This document shows, one piece after another, positions 36,601 to 49,702 of a stretch of DNA of 64,000 nt. Source of the stretch: Malacoraja senta (taxonomy: Eukaryota); assembly GCA_038087875.1 (NCBI GenBank), contig JAXLNO010006061.1, positions 62,001 to 126,000 on the forward strand, in the 5' to 3' direction. A program made the translations under genes and the position numbers. Under the pieces are notes generated by a model. That model worked only from the letters and a program-made list of their open reading frames with translations, was not told the DNA's origin and did not search any database. The first letter of the stretch is position 1, and each line of letters starts with the position of its first letter.

Positions 36601-39600
36601 TAACATCTCCCGAGGACGCTCAGGATTTCATCTCATCTTACCATCGACGCAGACCGGGACCCACAGATGACTGACTTCGTTCAGTACGTCTATATTCGAG
36701 TGGCACATGGGCCCGGTTAATCTATGGTTACATGGACTAACTTTAGCTTGACTGTTCCTAATAACTAGCTATGGTTAGCGTGCAGCATTGCTGATTATAC
36801 TAGACCCCGGTTTCAAAATGTATGTGGCTGGTAAGAAATCACCAGGATTTGCGAATATTTTATACTAACTTTTTCTTATATTGTCGATGTGTAATCATAC
36901 TTGAGGGGTCCCTCACCAGCATATGCTATAAAACTGGGCTCAAAGGACCCACTTTGTGGTTTGGGATTTGGTCTCTGCCTTCCTGTTCTTCACAGCTGCC
37001 CGCTAACGCTGTCAGCACCTGGCTAGTTTGCTTATACTAATCTTCATAACGAACTGTCTGGGGCTGATAAGAGCTCATTACAGCCAGGGCGGTGTTATAT
37101 AAATCTTATCTTATACCTTTTTTGTTTAACAAAACATAATTGATGCCTTTAGCGCTGTGCTTTAATCCAACAGCCCAGTTTGTAATTTGCTAACCTTTCC
37201 AACGCCAACTCTCTCTTTATACTTTGTCGATTTTAAGACATACTATGTAACACCAAAGGAAGTTATTCCGGATCCACTTACACGTTAGCCGGTTTATTTA
37301 CTATCACCATTTTGTTAATATGCTTTGTCTTATTGTGACTATCATCATTGCTATTATTACTATTAGTGTTAGCAATGGTACTGGCAGTGCAACCATAATG
37401 GTTATTATTTTAACTTTGCATTTATCAATGTATGTTTATCTTACTTTATTCCTACTCTCTATTTATCAAATTATTATCATCATCGTCATTATTACTATTA
37501 CTATACTTATTTTACTTCATGTTATCTTATCGACACTGAGTGACCGTCGCTTTGGGAAGCGGTGATATAAGGAGTTAAGATTGGATATCTCCATGCGGAA
37601 GCGAGGACAACGCACCTTGGTGCAATGGGCACTTAAGGTTCAGTTGAGACATGGGGGATCTCAGGTCTGGAGTCTCAGGTTTGAAAGATGGTTAAATGAT
37701 ATGTGTTCCACTTGTTTGCTGTGTGTGNNNNNNNNNNNNNNNNNNNNNNNNNNNNNNNNNNNNNNNNNNNNNNNNNNNNNNNNNNNNNNNNNNNNNNNNN
37801 NNNNNNNNNNNNNNNNNNNNNNNNNNNNNNNNNNNNNNNNNNNNNNNNNNNNNNNNNNNNNNNNNNNNNNNNNNNNNNNNNNNNNNNNNNNNNNNNNNNN
37901 NNNNNNNNNNNNNNNNNNNNNNNNNNNNNNNNNNNNNNNNNNNNNNNNNNNNNNNNNNCAGCTGGCTTCGATGCGCTCTTCCGTCTCGTTTTGCAGAACT
38001 ACAGCGCATTACCCATATAGCTAAATATGGCCAACACAAACGATACTCTTAGATTTGTCTCGTGGAATGTGAGAGGGACGGGAAGTCCTACCAAAACTGA
38101 TAGGATCTTGGCCCATTTGCAACAGCTCAAAGGTGATATATTCTTCATCCAAGAGACCCACCTTCGCAACAGAGAGGTAACACGGCTTAAGAGAGGCTGG
38201 ATTAGTCAACTATTTCACTCGAAATGTAATAATAGGGCTATCCTGATTCATAAGAACATTAAGTTCGAACCACAGAAAACTGTGGAAGACCCTGCTGGTC
38301 GCTTTGTCATGGTGTCGGGCAAATTGCAAGACACACCTGTCATATTGGCAAGCATTTATGGACCCAACTGGGATGACAGCTCATTTATAACTAAATTTTT
38401 TACATCTCTCCCAAATATTGAAAATCACCATGTCATTGTGGGTGGAGACTTTAATCTGGTCCAAGATCCTATACTGGATAGATCTTCGAATAAAGCCTCT
38501 ACTTTAACTAAATCCGGTAAGACTGTGCATGTTCTTGCCAAACAACTGGGGCTTACAGATCCATGGAGATTTATATTCCCCACGACTAAATTATTTTCAT
38601 TTTTCTCCCACGCACATCGTACGTTTACCCGTATAGACTTCTTTCTCTTAGATAATAGATTGCTTTCCAAAATCAAATCTAGTGAGTACCATAGCATCGT
38701 TATATCAGATCATGCTGCGACCTCCCTTGATCTTCATTTTCGTAAACGAACTAACCCCTTTAAGTGGAGGTTCAACTCCTCATTATTAGCAGAGGCTCAA
38801 TACATGCAATTCTTGCACTCCCAAATCACCCTATATTTTGAGCTGAATGACTTGCCGGACATAGAAAGAGGTATACTTTGGGAAGCTTCAAAAGCCTATA
38901 TTAGGGGCCAACTCATTTCCTTTATCTCCAACCTGAAAAGAACCGAGACGTTCCAAACGGCAGATCTGTTACAAAAAATAAAGGACATTGATGACAAATA
39001 TGCATCTGACCCAAACCCTAATCTCTATAGAGAACGCCTTAGGCTACAAACAGACTTTGACCTCATATCCATTAATAAAGCCAATCTACGACTGCTTAAA
39101 TCTAGGCAACACTTTTTTGAATCTGGGGATAAAGCTGGAAAGCTTTTGGCCCATCAGGACAGAACAGAGGCGACTTCACGGCTAATTCCAGCCATTAGAT
39201 CCAGCTCAGGGGAGACTCATACTGATCCTCGCAGAATTAATGAAACATTTGCTAAATTCTACACTGAACTATACACTTCCGACTGTCCGCCCACTGCAGG
39301 TGACATGTTCAGCAGTATGACGCTTCCCCGAATTGACGAAGAAGCCATGAGAGACTTGGGTGGTCCCATAACTGTAGCTGAGGTCCAAGCAGCCATCACA
39401 TCGTTGCAAAGCGGAAAGTCACCCGGCCCTGACGGCTTCTCTGTAGAATATTACAAAGCTTTCTCTGACCTCCTCGCACCAGTCCTGAGAGATATGTACA
39501 ATGAGGCGTTTTTACATCGTCGCCTACCGCCCACCTTGTCGTGGGCTACCATCTCCCTAATTCTTAAAAAGGAGAAAGATCCCCTGCTTTGTAGTAGCTA

Positions 39601-40616
39601 TAGACTAATCTCACTACTGAATGTGGACCTCAAAATCCTTTCTAAAGCCCTTGCGCTTCATCTTCAACGAGTGATGCCCTCTATTATCTCGTTGGATCAA
39701 ACAGGGTTTGTACCTGGCCGACAGTCTTCCCATAATACTAGGCGTCTCCTTAACATCATTCACTCTTCGAGTAATGAGACCCCGGAGATGGTGGTCTCCC
39801 TCGATGCCGAAAAGGCCTTCGACAGGGTCGAGTGGAGGTACCTATATGATAGGTTTGGCCTCGGAAACAGTTTTATTCTCTGGGTGAGCCTATTATATTC
39901 GTCCCCGGTGGCCTCAGTACAAACAAACGACATACTGTCGCCCCACTTCACACTTCAGAGAGGTACCAGACAGGTACCACTATCTCCACTCTTGTTTAAT
40001 GTCGCGATAGAACCCCTGGCGGTCTGGTTACGCGCAGAGAAGGGCTTTAAAGGTATTACACGGTTTGACACAACTCATAAAGTCTCATTGTATGCGGATG
40101 ACCTGCTCGAACCCAGTCAGTTCTCTCCCTGTGATTATGAATATTTTAGAACGGTTTGGTGCATATTCTGGTTATAAACTTAACTACCAAAAGAGTGAGC
40201 TATTACCGATTAACTTACCGGCTAAGCAGCTCCCTCGCTCTTTAACCTCATTCAAAAGGGCAGAGGATGGGTTTTGCTATCTCGCCGTTTTTATCACAAT
40301 ACCCTTATCTGATATGTTCCGCACAAACTTTTTGCCTCTGGTTGAGAAAGCCGAAAAAGATTTTGATCGCTGGTCAGTCTTACCGCTATCCCTCGTGGGC
40401 CGGATAAATCTGGTTAAGATGGTTGTCCTACCCAAATTCCTGTATCTTTTCCAGCATGTCCCCATACTTATCACCAAATCTTTTTTTGACAACTTAGAAA
40501 GGACAATATCTAAATTCTTATGGGGTAGCAAACCGGTCAGAATCCGAAAGGCGATACTGCAGTCGCCTAAGAGTGATGGCGGTTTGGCCCTCCCTGATTT
40601 TAGGCAATACTACTGG
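30671..40616. repeat. Tandem segmental duplication 1, unit 2
   Basis: About 99.9% identical to 20735-30670 (about 8 differences seen). Contains copies of the PLE tail (30671-30841), CR1 (31065-35196), L1-C RT and L1-A. Confidence 0.95.
37728..37958. other. N run (231 nt), paralogous to 27786-28014
   Basis: Seen directly. Confidence 0.99.
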
Positions 40617-40649
40617 GCAGCTAACTTGCAAAAACTCCTGTATTGGATG

Positions 40650-42837
40650 TTATTTGCTTTGGTAATTGAACCCCTTGCTGAAAAAATAAGAACACACTCG
40701 AATATTCACGGTTATAACACAAAATATTCAAACAACAAACTATCCCTATATGCTGATGATGTACTACTGTACATCACAAAACCACAAATTAGTATACCAA
40801 ATATATTAAACTTAATTGAGGACTTTGGATCCTTTTCAGGATATAGAATAAATTGGAACAAAAGTGAAATTATGTCGATTAAACCAAAAGACTCAACACA
40901 TCTCAGGAAATTCCCTTTTAAAATAGCTATGGAAAAATTCAAATATTTAGGAATTGAGATCACTAGAAATTACCATGATATGTTTAAAGCTAATTATAAT
41001 CCCCTACTTAAGAAATTAAATAATTTGATTAAATTTTGGAAAACACTTCCGATGTCCTTAATAGGTAGGATAAATGCTATAAAAATGATTTTCTTACCAC
41101 AAATCCTTTACCTATTTCAATCAATACCTATATATCTCCCAAAAAAGTTTTTCAAAAAACTGGACTCAGACATTACAAATTTTATATGGGATTACAAATC
41201 CCACAGAATACAAAGAACACACCTTAACAAACGAAAAGAGTTGGGGGGTCTAGCGCTCCCTAACTTTATGTATTATAACTGGGCAGTAAATATTAAAAAT
41301 ATGATTCACCTGCTGGACAATTCTGCCCAGCAGGTGGACTGGATTATAATGGAAAAAGGGGATTGCTCCCCGAATAATATAGGAGCGATTATTCTCTCTC
41401 CAATAAATTTGAATAATAAAAATTATAATAAAAATCCAATTATATATAGCACTATTAGAACATGGAAGCAAATAAAACAGAATCTAAAATTAAGAAACCT
41501 ATCTCTCTTAATACCAATAGTCAATAACCCATCGTTTAAACCTTCAATCATAGATAAAGCATTTATACAATGGGAAAGAATGGGAATCAAAACGCTCGAA
41601 GATCTGTATGAATTAGAAAAATTACTATCATTCCAACAACTACAACTGAAATATAATTTGAAAAATAATCAATATTTTAAATATCTACAAATCTGTGACT
41701 ATTTGAAAACACACACAAAAGATTATTATAATATGCCTTCCGACTTACTAGATGAAGCAATGAAGACAAAGGCGGAATCAGTTAATTTAATATCATACTT
41801 ATATAATATCATCTTAAACATAGAAATACCCACAACAGATGGAATTAGAAGAGATTGGGAACAAGATCTAGGTATAAAAATTTCAAAAGAGAGTTGGGAT
41901 AATCATTTATTACAGGTGCATAAATGCTCGATCAACGTACGACATACGCTTATCCAATTTAAAACATTACATAGATTATATTATTCAAAAACCAAACTAA
42001 ATAAAATCTTTCCTAACGTCTCACCAATCTGTGATAAATGTATATGTCAAGAAGCTACCATAGCACATTCTTTTGTTTTTTGTACAAAAATCCAAAAATT
42101 CTGGTTTGAAATATTTGATATTTTTTCAAAATTAATCAAAATAAAACTGGTACCAAAACCAGAATGGATTATTTTTGGAATATCGGAAGGTATTCCTGAA
42201 TTAAACGTGTATCAGAAGAATTTACTCAATTATGGGCTAATAATGGGAAAAAAGCTTATACTTAAATTCTGGAAAAATGCGCCCACACCAACAATAAAAA
42301 TGTGGACATCAAATATGTTGGAAACATTACATCTGGAAGAGATGAGATTCCTCCTAGTAGGCAAAGTAGACCAATTTCAAAAGACGTGGTCTACGTTTTT
42401 GGACCTATTACAAGCATGAGGTGCAATAGTAATTTAGAAAAACAAATAAATAAATAAAAGGTATCTGGACCTGGTAATGGGAGGTAAAACAAAAACAGAC
42501 TTGGTTGGTAGTTCCTTCTCTATGAAGTATGTTATAAGAGTTATAATAGAGCGATTGTTCCTTCTTTCTTTCTCTTTCTTTTCTAGGGTCTATTTTCTAA
42601 CTTTACTTCCTTCTCTAACTTCTTTTCTAAGGGGCTTTCTTTTCCCAACACTCTTTTGCACTTCACAACCTTTGCGCACTTTCTTCACTTTTCTTACTTC
42701 TTTCTTTTTCTTTCTTAAAGTTTAAAAAAGTGAAGCGGTACAAAAAATGTATTAATATATACGTGTTGTACATTACTGTAATCTACCGTACTTCTATTAA
42801 AAAAATTATTTAAAAAAAAAAAAAAAAAAAAAAAAAA
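40650..42837 (+). mobile_element. L1-B, 5'-truncated, open ORF2 3' half with long poly(A)
   Basis: Uninterrupted LFALVIEPL..YADD..YLGI..CDKC....ATIAHSFVFC to the stop at 42419; AT-rich codon usage; ~26-nt A tail at 42812-42837. Confidence 0.93.
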
Positions 42838-44707
42838 CCTCATTCAAAAGGGCAGAGGATGGGTTTTGCTATCTCGCCGTTTTTATCACAATACCCTTAT
42901 CTGATATGTTCCGCACAAACTTTTTGCCTCTGGTTGAGAAAGCCGAAAAAGATTTTGATCGCTGGTCAGTCTTACCGCTATCCCTCGTGGGCCGGATAAA
43001 TCTGGTTAAGATGGTTGTCCTACCCAAATTCCTGTATCTTTTCCAGCATGTCCCCATACTTATCACCAAATCTTTTTTTGACAACTTAGAAAGGACAATA
43101 TCTAAATTCTTATGGGGTAGCAAACCGGTCAGAATCCGAAAGGCGATACTGCAGTCGCCTAAGAGTGATGGCGGTTTGGCCCTCCCTGATTTTAGGCAAT
43201 ACTACTGGGCAGCTAACTTGCAAAAACTCCTGTATTGGATGAATGATGATTGCGAGCCAGATTCCATCTGGCTTTATATGGAAAAGGCGAGTTCACGTCT
43301 CCCGTTGCGGTCCCAACTCCCCCTTTCTATAACATCTGTGGGTGCAGGCCCAATTGTGTCCCTTTCGCTCAAGATATGGAGTCAATTTAGGAAAAACCTC
43401 GGTTTACAGGGTCCTTCCATCTTGACCCCACTGCTTAAAAATTACATTTTTAAACCTTCAAGTATAGACCACGCATTTAAAACCTGGCATAGCAATGGCA
43501 TCAGTAGTATTAAAAACCTATATAAGGATGGCATCTTCTCATCTTTCGTGGAGCTCTGGTCTAACTACAACCTCCCAAACTCCCACCTTTTTCGGTTTTT
43601 CCAGATTAGGGATTTTGTGAAGAAGACATTTCCCTACTTCCCAAATCGCCCTCCTGAAACCCTGACTGATATCATCTTAGCTTTAGACCCCAAACGGAAG
43701 AAATGCATCTCTATTTTGTATAATTTGCTAGGGTCGGTTTTATTGAAACCTCATACCTCATTAAAAGCTGCGTGGGAGGGAGAGCTGAATACGAAATTAA
43801 CAGACCCGCAATGGGACTCTGCCTTGGATTTGATCCACTCTTCTTCCATATGCGCTCGTCATGGCCTAATCCAATGCAAAGTCCTTTACAAAGTCCACTA
43901 CACAAATGCAAGATTAGCTAGAATGTACCCAGCTGTTAATGACACCTATAACAGATGTAGTCAATCTCCTGCCAACCATAGCCACATGTTTTGGTCTTGC
44001 CCTAAGCTAGCAGCCTTTTGGAGGAGTGCTTTTGAATTGATAAGCAGAGCTTACGACCAGACTATTCTTCCAAATCCAATGTCAGCTATTTCCGGTACCC
44101 CTCCCAATACTAACCTCTCTGTTGCGGTGAAACGGGTCCTAGCTTTTACAACCTTGTTAGCCCGGAGACTGATCTTGCTTAGTTGGAGGCTTACCTGTCC
44201 CCTGACACACGCCCGTTGGATTAAGGAGGTGATTTACAATCTGAAACTTGAAAAACTTAGGTTCTCTCTCAAAGGCTCTACCAAGACATTCCTAGATACA
44301 TGGAACCCTTTCTTTGAACTGGTTAACTCTCTTACCTTGTCCCCGGACTCGGAAGAGGACTGAGTGTTCTCCATCATCGTTTTGTTCTACAGCAGCTGCT
44401 TTCCCCTTAATCCCCCCCTCCCTGCAATTGTTTATTTAGATATATATATATATTTTTAAATTTTTATATAGCACATTTTGTTATTCCACCATTTGTGTGT
44501 GGATGTGTACGTATGTGAGTGTTGTTTGTCCCCGTTTGGCTCCGACCTGACTTGGGTAGGTTGAAGGTGGGTAAGGGTAAGGGTTTTGAGGATCGCTTAC
44601 ATACTGTTGTACAATTATGCCTTGATTGTTACTGTTTGTTATTATTGTATGTTTGTAAATTGCCGTGAAATTCAAATAAAAAGATTTAAATAAAAAAAGG
44701 TGAAAGA

Positions 44708-45302
44708 ATAAATGGTTAATAAAGTGTAAAAGAAGAGAAAAAACTACATCTCTAGTTGGTGTAGTTAGTGATAGCCACACTAATGTGGCTAGCCATCTAA
44801 AGACTTCCGTAGCCTTTGGAAAAAAAATAATAATACCAGCTCCATGCTTTTCTTTAAAAAAAGTTTCAATAATAACAATTTGTAGGGAAGGGGGAAGACA
44901 TTTTTAGGTCCAAAATATTTATAATCTGTTAGTGAAAAAGTCATTATTCTCAAGATAAAATATTAGTCTCATATTAAAAAAATATGAATCGATAATTGGT
45001 CAAGAGTATAAATTTAAAAAAAAACATTATTAATAAATTGCCTGAATCAAACCTTACTTATAATTCATATTTTGAACTAATTCTAAGTGGCTCCAATTAA
45101 TAATAATTAGTAATAATTAGTAATCATAATTAGTAGTAATTAGTACTAAAATATAAATGTTATATATCAATAGCAATAAAAAAAACTTGCTCGACTATCA
45201 TTTTCAGCTTTCATTAGTCCTTAAGTAAAACAATTTAAAGTTCCATTTGTTCTCTGTGAGGTAACGATGTCCGTCCGGTAACATCAGGTGGGTGTTGAGT
45301 AT
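44708..45302 (-). mobile_element. Host L1-C inter-ORF spacer
   Basis: Linked to the L1-C ORF2 side by the L1-A TSD and to ORF1 by the ERV TSD. Confidence 0.6.
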
Positions 45303-45844
45303 TGTGAGGAAGGGGTTAATAGGTATAAGTTGATTTAGACAAGAACCCTTTGTATAGTAGGGAGTATAGTAGGGAGGATAGGGGGAGTGAAGAACGAGTA
45401 CAGATGGTGACTTTTTCAAGGATGAGAACAGAGAAGATAAGGAGACCGTCCAGGATAGAACTAGGGTAAGGGTCATAAGAAACACTCTGTGCGCATGGTC
45501 AATGAACTTACATGAATATGTACACACACCCACTATGACAAGATGTCTCATTTAAATGCACATGCGATGCATGATATGGGAGGTGTCTTTGACGTCGGGT
45601 GGACGTTCCAGGACGTTCTCGTGGGAATGTGGGCTTTATGTTATGATTGGAAGAAGCACAATGGGGAGGGATGAGGGTGTGACAATGATACCCATGAAAT
45701 GTATAAAGATAGAAGACATCCCGATCCTCGGTGTGCCTCTAGGGGGCATCAGAGGAGAGGCACCTATTCTGCAGAATATTATTTGAATAAAAAGCTTCTT
45801 TGCCGACTTTGTCTCTAAAAGCGTTTGTGATTTTGAATCTCACA
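45303..45844 (+). promoter_or_regulatory. ERV 5' LTR (542 bp)
   Basis: TG...CA ends with a 6-bp inverted repeat; AATAAA at ~45786; about 6 substitutions and 2 indels versus the 3' LTR. Confidence 0.92.
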
Positions 45845-45849
45845 ATTTT

Positions 45850-45868
45850 TGGGGGCTCGTCTCGGGAC
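45850..45868 (+). promoter_or_regulatory. Primer-binding site, tRNA-Pro type
   Basis: TGGGGGCTCGTC-T-CGGGA versus canonical PBS-Pro TGGGGGCTCGTCCGGGAT, 5 nt after the LTR. Confidence 0.88.
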
Positions 45869-48361
45869 CCCCACTCCGGCTGACGACGGTATACGGAAGA
45901 AGGGACGGTGCACCCCGTTGATTTCAGCGGTCCCAGACCCCTAGATTGTCGTCAGCGGTTTGGGCGAGTGGTATCCCTGAACAGAGACTCAGCAAAGAAG
46001 TGGGAGTAGTTGGAAATCGTGAAGGAGCCAAATCGAGTGATTCTTGTGCACAAGACCCGGGTAAGAAAACTGACTATTAAGTACTACTCGGGCGATTAAA
46101 TAGATCGGGGGCAAATAGATCGGGGGGAAATTCCGATCGGGAGGAAGATCGGGGGGAAATTCCGATCGGGAGGATGGGCAATGAAAACGGAGAGCCCAAA
46201 AGGGAGGGGAAGGGCAGTAAGCCCGACCCCGCATTCTGCCTGATAGTCCGTTGGGGCGAATGCTGAGCCTCTGGGGGCAGAGAAATACCCAGGGATTGAA
46301 GAAGACAAAAATGATTTGATTCTGTTATATTGAGTTTTAATACATGTAAAAGATGTTGCATTTATTTGAAGTAAGAATGGAACGAATGTGATTTGTGTGT
46401 AAAAACCGGTTGGGAATGAAAGAGGAAGTTTATATATGTGATAATTATTTTGTTTATTGTATTTGTAGACCACATTGTAAGAGTAAGTAAGTAAGTTTTA
46501 TTAAAATCAAAAATGTTCACTGTAGGTAGGTGCATGTTCCTTTAAATAAATCAGGTCATGGTGAAAGGCGACGAACAGCTGTAAGATAACGATTAATTGT
46601 TTGTTGGCCTTAACCTAGAAGGGGAAGTTGTGAAACCAGCTTTTGGTTTTTCTGATGTTCTTTTAGATTTCTAGTCAGTAAAGATAATTTGGAAAATTGT
46701 TACTAGTGCTAGGAATTGGACATTTAAAATAGTGGTGAATATGGATTGAAATAATTGGAAATAAGTTAATTGGTAAACATTCAAGTTTAGAAAGAAAGGA
46801 GAGAGAGGCAGTTAGAAGATAACAGAAGTAGAAAAACAACAGGCGTGAAAGTAATAAAGCAGGAGGAGTCAGTGGAAGATTTTTGCAAGGAGGCTAGAAT
46901 ATTTGAGAAGCAAGAAATTGAGTTTAGAATTAGAAAGAAGGCATACCAGAAAGGATTAAAGTTGGAAGCATTGGGATAAAGTGATGAGACTGCTTTAAAG
47001 AGAAAAGAGAAGGACAGACACGGATTATCCCTTGGGGCACCCATAAACTGAAAGGGCTAAAAAATACCTCACCCTATATCCCTGATGGGGGAGGAAATGG
47101 ATTAGGGCTTTGGAGGAGGAGAACATGGGACGATTATTGATCATGGAAGATTTGAAGGCACTGTTGGTAAAAGTGATAGGAACCACTAAAGTGACAGAAC
47201 TACTGAAGATGGATGGTATAAACTGATGCGAACAATGTAACAAGCAATGGCATACTGTTTGACACAGTCAGGCAGAGGGTATGGCAGACCCTCAGACAAT
47301 GTTACCCACTTAAGAGGAACCCCAAGGAACAAAGGGGAGATACACAAGAAGGAAAGGCAAATAGCCTATCTGGAAAACCAGCTGAAAAGGTGGAGAGTTG
47401 ATTGATGAACATTATATTATGAACTACTATGATGGATGTCATTCTTCTTAAAGTCAAGCAGATTCAGCGAACAGTTGGTCTCTGCGGTCGAGAAATATCG
47501 CAAAGATAGGAAAAAGACTTGCAAACCAGCAGGAGGAGGAGTTGTCAATAAACAATGGACCTAAGTGAGTCCTATGACGGAACCAAGCAGGGCCAGAGAA
47601 TTACATGCCAATAATGAATGTCTTTGGGGTACGTTTCCTCAAAAGGTCCTATCAGGAGTGAAATTAATCTGGATATAAGCCCTAACAGGACTGGGGTCCC
47701 CAAGAGAGAAAGGGATTTAAAGGCAGGATATAGTTCAGACTAGATTTGGTATAAGCCCTGTAGTGTCATTTATGATGAATAAGGTAATTAAGAGGTTTGG
47801 TAGACCTACAGAAATCAGCTTTGACAACGGATTGTTTTCATTTAGGGAGTAGCTAAGTTGGCGATAGAGACCCTTAGAGTAAAATACACATTTGGGTATG
47901 TAAGAATAAATGGAACATTGAAGGTTAATATAAATAAGATTTGTTTAATTACAAAGTTGAATTGGATCGATGCCCTGCCATTGGCACTGAAGAGATGTTG
48001 CATGCAAACTAACCGAGCAGGTGGCACAATGGAGAGGTCCCTACAAGAGACCGAGTTTGGAACAGTTAAAGATAGAATTTAAAAAGTATATGAAACAGTT
48101 AATTATGATATACAAGTCTATTTATGAACAGGAAAAGTAAAAGCTGTTGGAGGTGGACCAGGAGGAAGGACCCTTTAAACCTGAAGACAAGGTGTATGTA
48201 TGAGTTTTCTAAACTACCGACCGATGTTGATATACCTGGTACCATTTCAATAATACCCGAGGGCTGTCCCGCAGGTACGAATAGATAATAGCCCTGAGGT
48301 AAGTGAACAGGAGGACAAAGATGTGAGAAAAGAGTAGAGTTTGAACAAGAACGTTGTTTGA

Positions 48362-49310
48362 CATCAGTGGTGGGCAAAATAATGGAAAGGATACTTAAGA
48401 CGACATATAAGAATTTGGATAAATAGGGTAGGATTAGGAAGAATTAGCATGGATTTGTGATTGTGATGTTTGACTAATCTTGAATTTTTTGAAAAGGTTA
48501 TTAGGGAAATTGATGAGGGTAAAGTGATGGATGTTGTCTAGATGAACTTCAGTAAGGCCTTTGACAAGGTTCAATAAGGAAATAAGGTTGGTTAAAAAGG
48601 GTTAGTAAGGAATAGCAAGATGGATTAAAAAGTGGCTGTATGGGAGATGTCAGAGAGCAATGGTGGATGGATGTTTGTCAGGTTGGAGGTCAGTGACTAG
48701 AAGGGTACCTCGGGGATGTTTGTTGGGTCCACTGTTGTTTGTCATGTGAATCAATAATCTGGATGTTGGTGTGGTAAAATAGATTAATAAGTATGTAGAT
48801 GATACTAAGATAGGTGGTGTTGTGAATAATGAAGTAGATTTTAGAAGTGTACAGAGAGATTTAGATCATTTGGAAGAATGGGTTGAAACATGACAGATAG
48901 GTTTAATGTTGATAAGTGTGAGATGATACATCTTGGCAGGACAAATCAAAATTGAATGTACATGGTAAATGATTGTGAATTGAGGAATGAAGTTGAATAG
49001 AGGGATCTAGGAATAACTGTACATAGTTCCCTGAAGGTGGAATTTCATGAAGATAGGATGGTAAAGAAAGATTTTGGTGTGTTGGCCTTTATAAATCAGA
49101 GCATTGTGTATAGAAGTTGGGTTGTAATGTTAAATTGTACAAGGTATTGGTGAGGTAAATTGTGGAGTATGGTGTATAATTTTGGTAGGCATAATTATAG
49201 GAAGGATGTCAACAAAATAGAGAGAGTACAGAGGAGATCAATTAGAATGTTGACTGGGTTTCAGCAACTAAGACACAGAGAAAGGTTGAACAAGTTAGGT
49301 CTTTATTACT
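48362..49310 (+). mobile_element. CR1-B RT fragment embedded in the ERV, heavily mutated
   Basis: Aligns colinearly with ~13420-14395; lacks the CR1 3' tail; many stops. Confidence 0.9.
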
Positions 49311-49702
49311 TAGGAAAGATAGAAGGGGTCCCAACAAATACAAGGGGATGATGTATTCCTAAGGAACTATTTACTGGCAGTATCTCGTTCTATTACAGAA
49401 TTAAGAACCAAGGGGCTGCTGGCACAGAGTCCCCATCTCGACTTTCCAATCCATTCTGTGAAAGCGGGGGACTGGGATCTTGTAACATCATGGAAGGAAG
49501 AAAAGCTGCAACCTAAGTGGACTGGACCCTACCTGGTGTTACTAATCACCGAGACAGCAGTACGAACAAAAGAAAAAGGGTGGACACATGCAAGCCGATT
49601 TAAGGGACCTGTGGAGGCCCCACCAAACAATATCAGCCCGTGGACTGTGCGCAAAGGAGAGGAACCATTGACTTTAATATTTAACAAGAACCCGCGGGAA
49701 AA

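Larger units (their letters stand above)
35933..44692 (+). mobile_element. Full-length but decayed L1-A (5' UTR, ORF1, spacer, ORF2 38027-44363, A-rich tail)
   Basis: 15-bp TSD AAAAAAGGTGAAAGA at 35918-35932 and 44693-44707. C-terminal zinc knuckle YNRCSQSPANHSHMFWSC. Frameshifts present; interrupted by L1-B. Confidence 0.92.
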
